Positions 63,853 to 64,000 of a stretch of DNA of 64,000 bases are shown here, piece after piece. Positions within the stretch are counted from its first letter, which is position 1. Each line of letters opens with the position of its first letter. The notes under the pieces were generated by a model that worked only from the letters and a program-made list of their open reading frames with translations, did no database searches and had not been told where the DNA came from. The translations under genes and the position numbers were made by a program. The stretch lies in the IMG/VR virus record IMGVR_UViG_3300050156_000143, positions 128,001 through 192,000 of that record; one strand, written 5' to 3'. The DNA is from a virus. Its lineage: Duplodnaviria > Caudoviricetes.

Positions 63853-64000
63853 GTGATTAAACATTGTTGGTTAGACCTTGAAGATACCATCATCACCCCA
63901 GTGCTGTCAGGGTGGCATAACAGTGAGGCAATCAACGTTGACAAAATTCGGCGGTTCATAGCTAATAACAAATTCGATCGCATTAATTTGTTCAGCTTTG
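63853..64000 (+). CDS. Partial ORF, possible HAD-like protein
   Basis: Hand-translated MIKHCWLDLEDTII..; runs off the window. Confidence 0.4.
   Translation, partial: MIKHCWLDLEDTIITPVLSGWHNSEAINVDKIRRFIANNKFDRINLFSF

Noticed and set aside
1-64000. CRISPR array
   Set aside because: No run of identical 25-45-bp repeats with unique spacers was seen. The only repeats are pairs, terminators and one tandem duplication.
1-64000. Alternative genetic code or stop recoding
   Set aside because: Core genes are full length in the standard code and TAG ends genes normally (35669, 45927, 47315). The one in-frame TAA (57610) is best read as a mutation.

Overview
64 kb segment of a large T4-like (myovirus-type, probably jumbo) phage genome, standard genetic code. 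Host is probably a proteobacterium, perhaps Betaproteobacteria; this is inferred only from the character of the GroES, TPR and BrxA genes and a PEP-CTERM-like motif. Layout: (1) 1-8 kb, predicted capsid-packaged effectors: four paralogs of a divergent ADP-ribosyltransferase-like family, an ART fusion and a zincin. (2) 8-20 kb, baseplate hub genes, two tandem tape-measure-like lysins, portal, prohead protease, scaffold and major capsid. (3) 21.7-23 kb, a structural gene interrupted by a 122-bp MITE. (4) 23.5-27.5 kb, a class II ribonucleotide reductase split by two group I introns, each carrying a LAGLIDADG endonuclease. (5) GroES, glutaredoxin, PAAR and a SleB hydrolase. (6) 31-64 kb, an accessory region with a captured host BREX fragment ('brxR-brxA-brxB'), a kinase, TilS, Thg1, RtcB, Pth2, 8 tRNAs (several non-canonical), three degenerate major-capsid paralogs, 11 KOW/SH3-like small paralogs, and a non-coding block (candidate large ncRNA plus candidate origin). 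A second structured non-coding block at ~4.3-4.8 kb shares an 18-nt hairpin with it. All protein assignments come from motif recognition by eye; no database searches were run.
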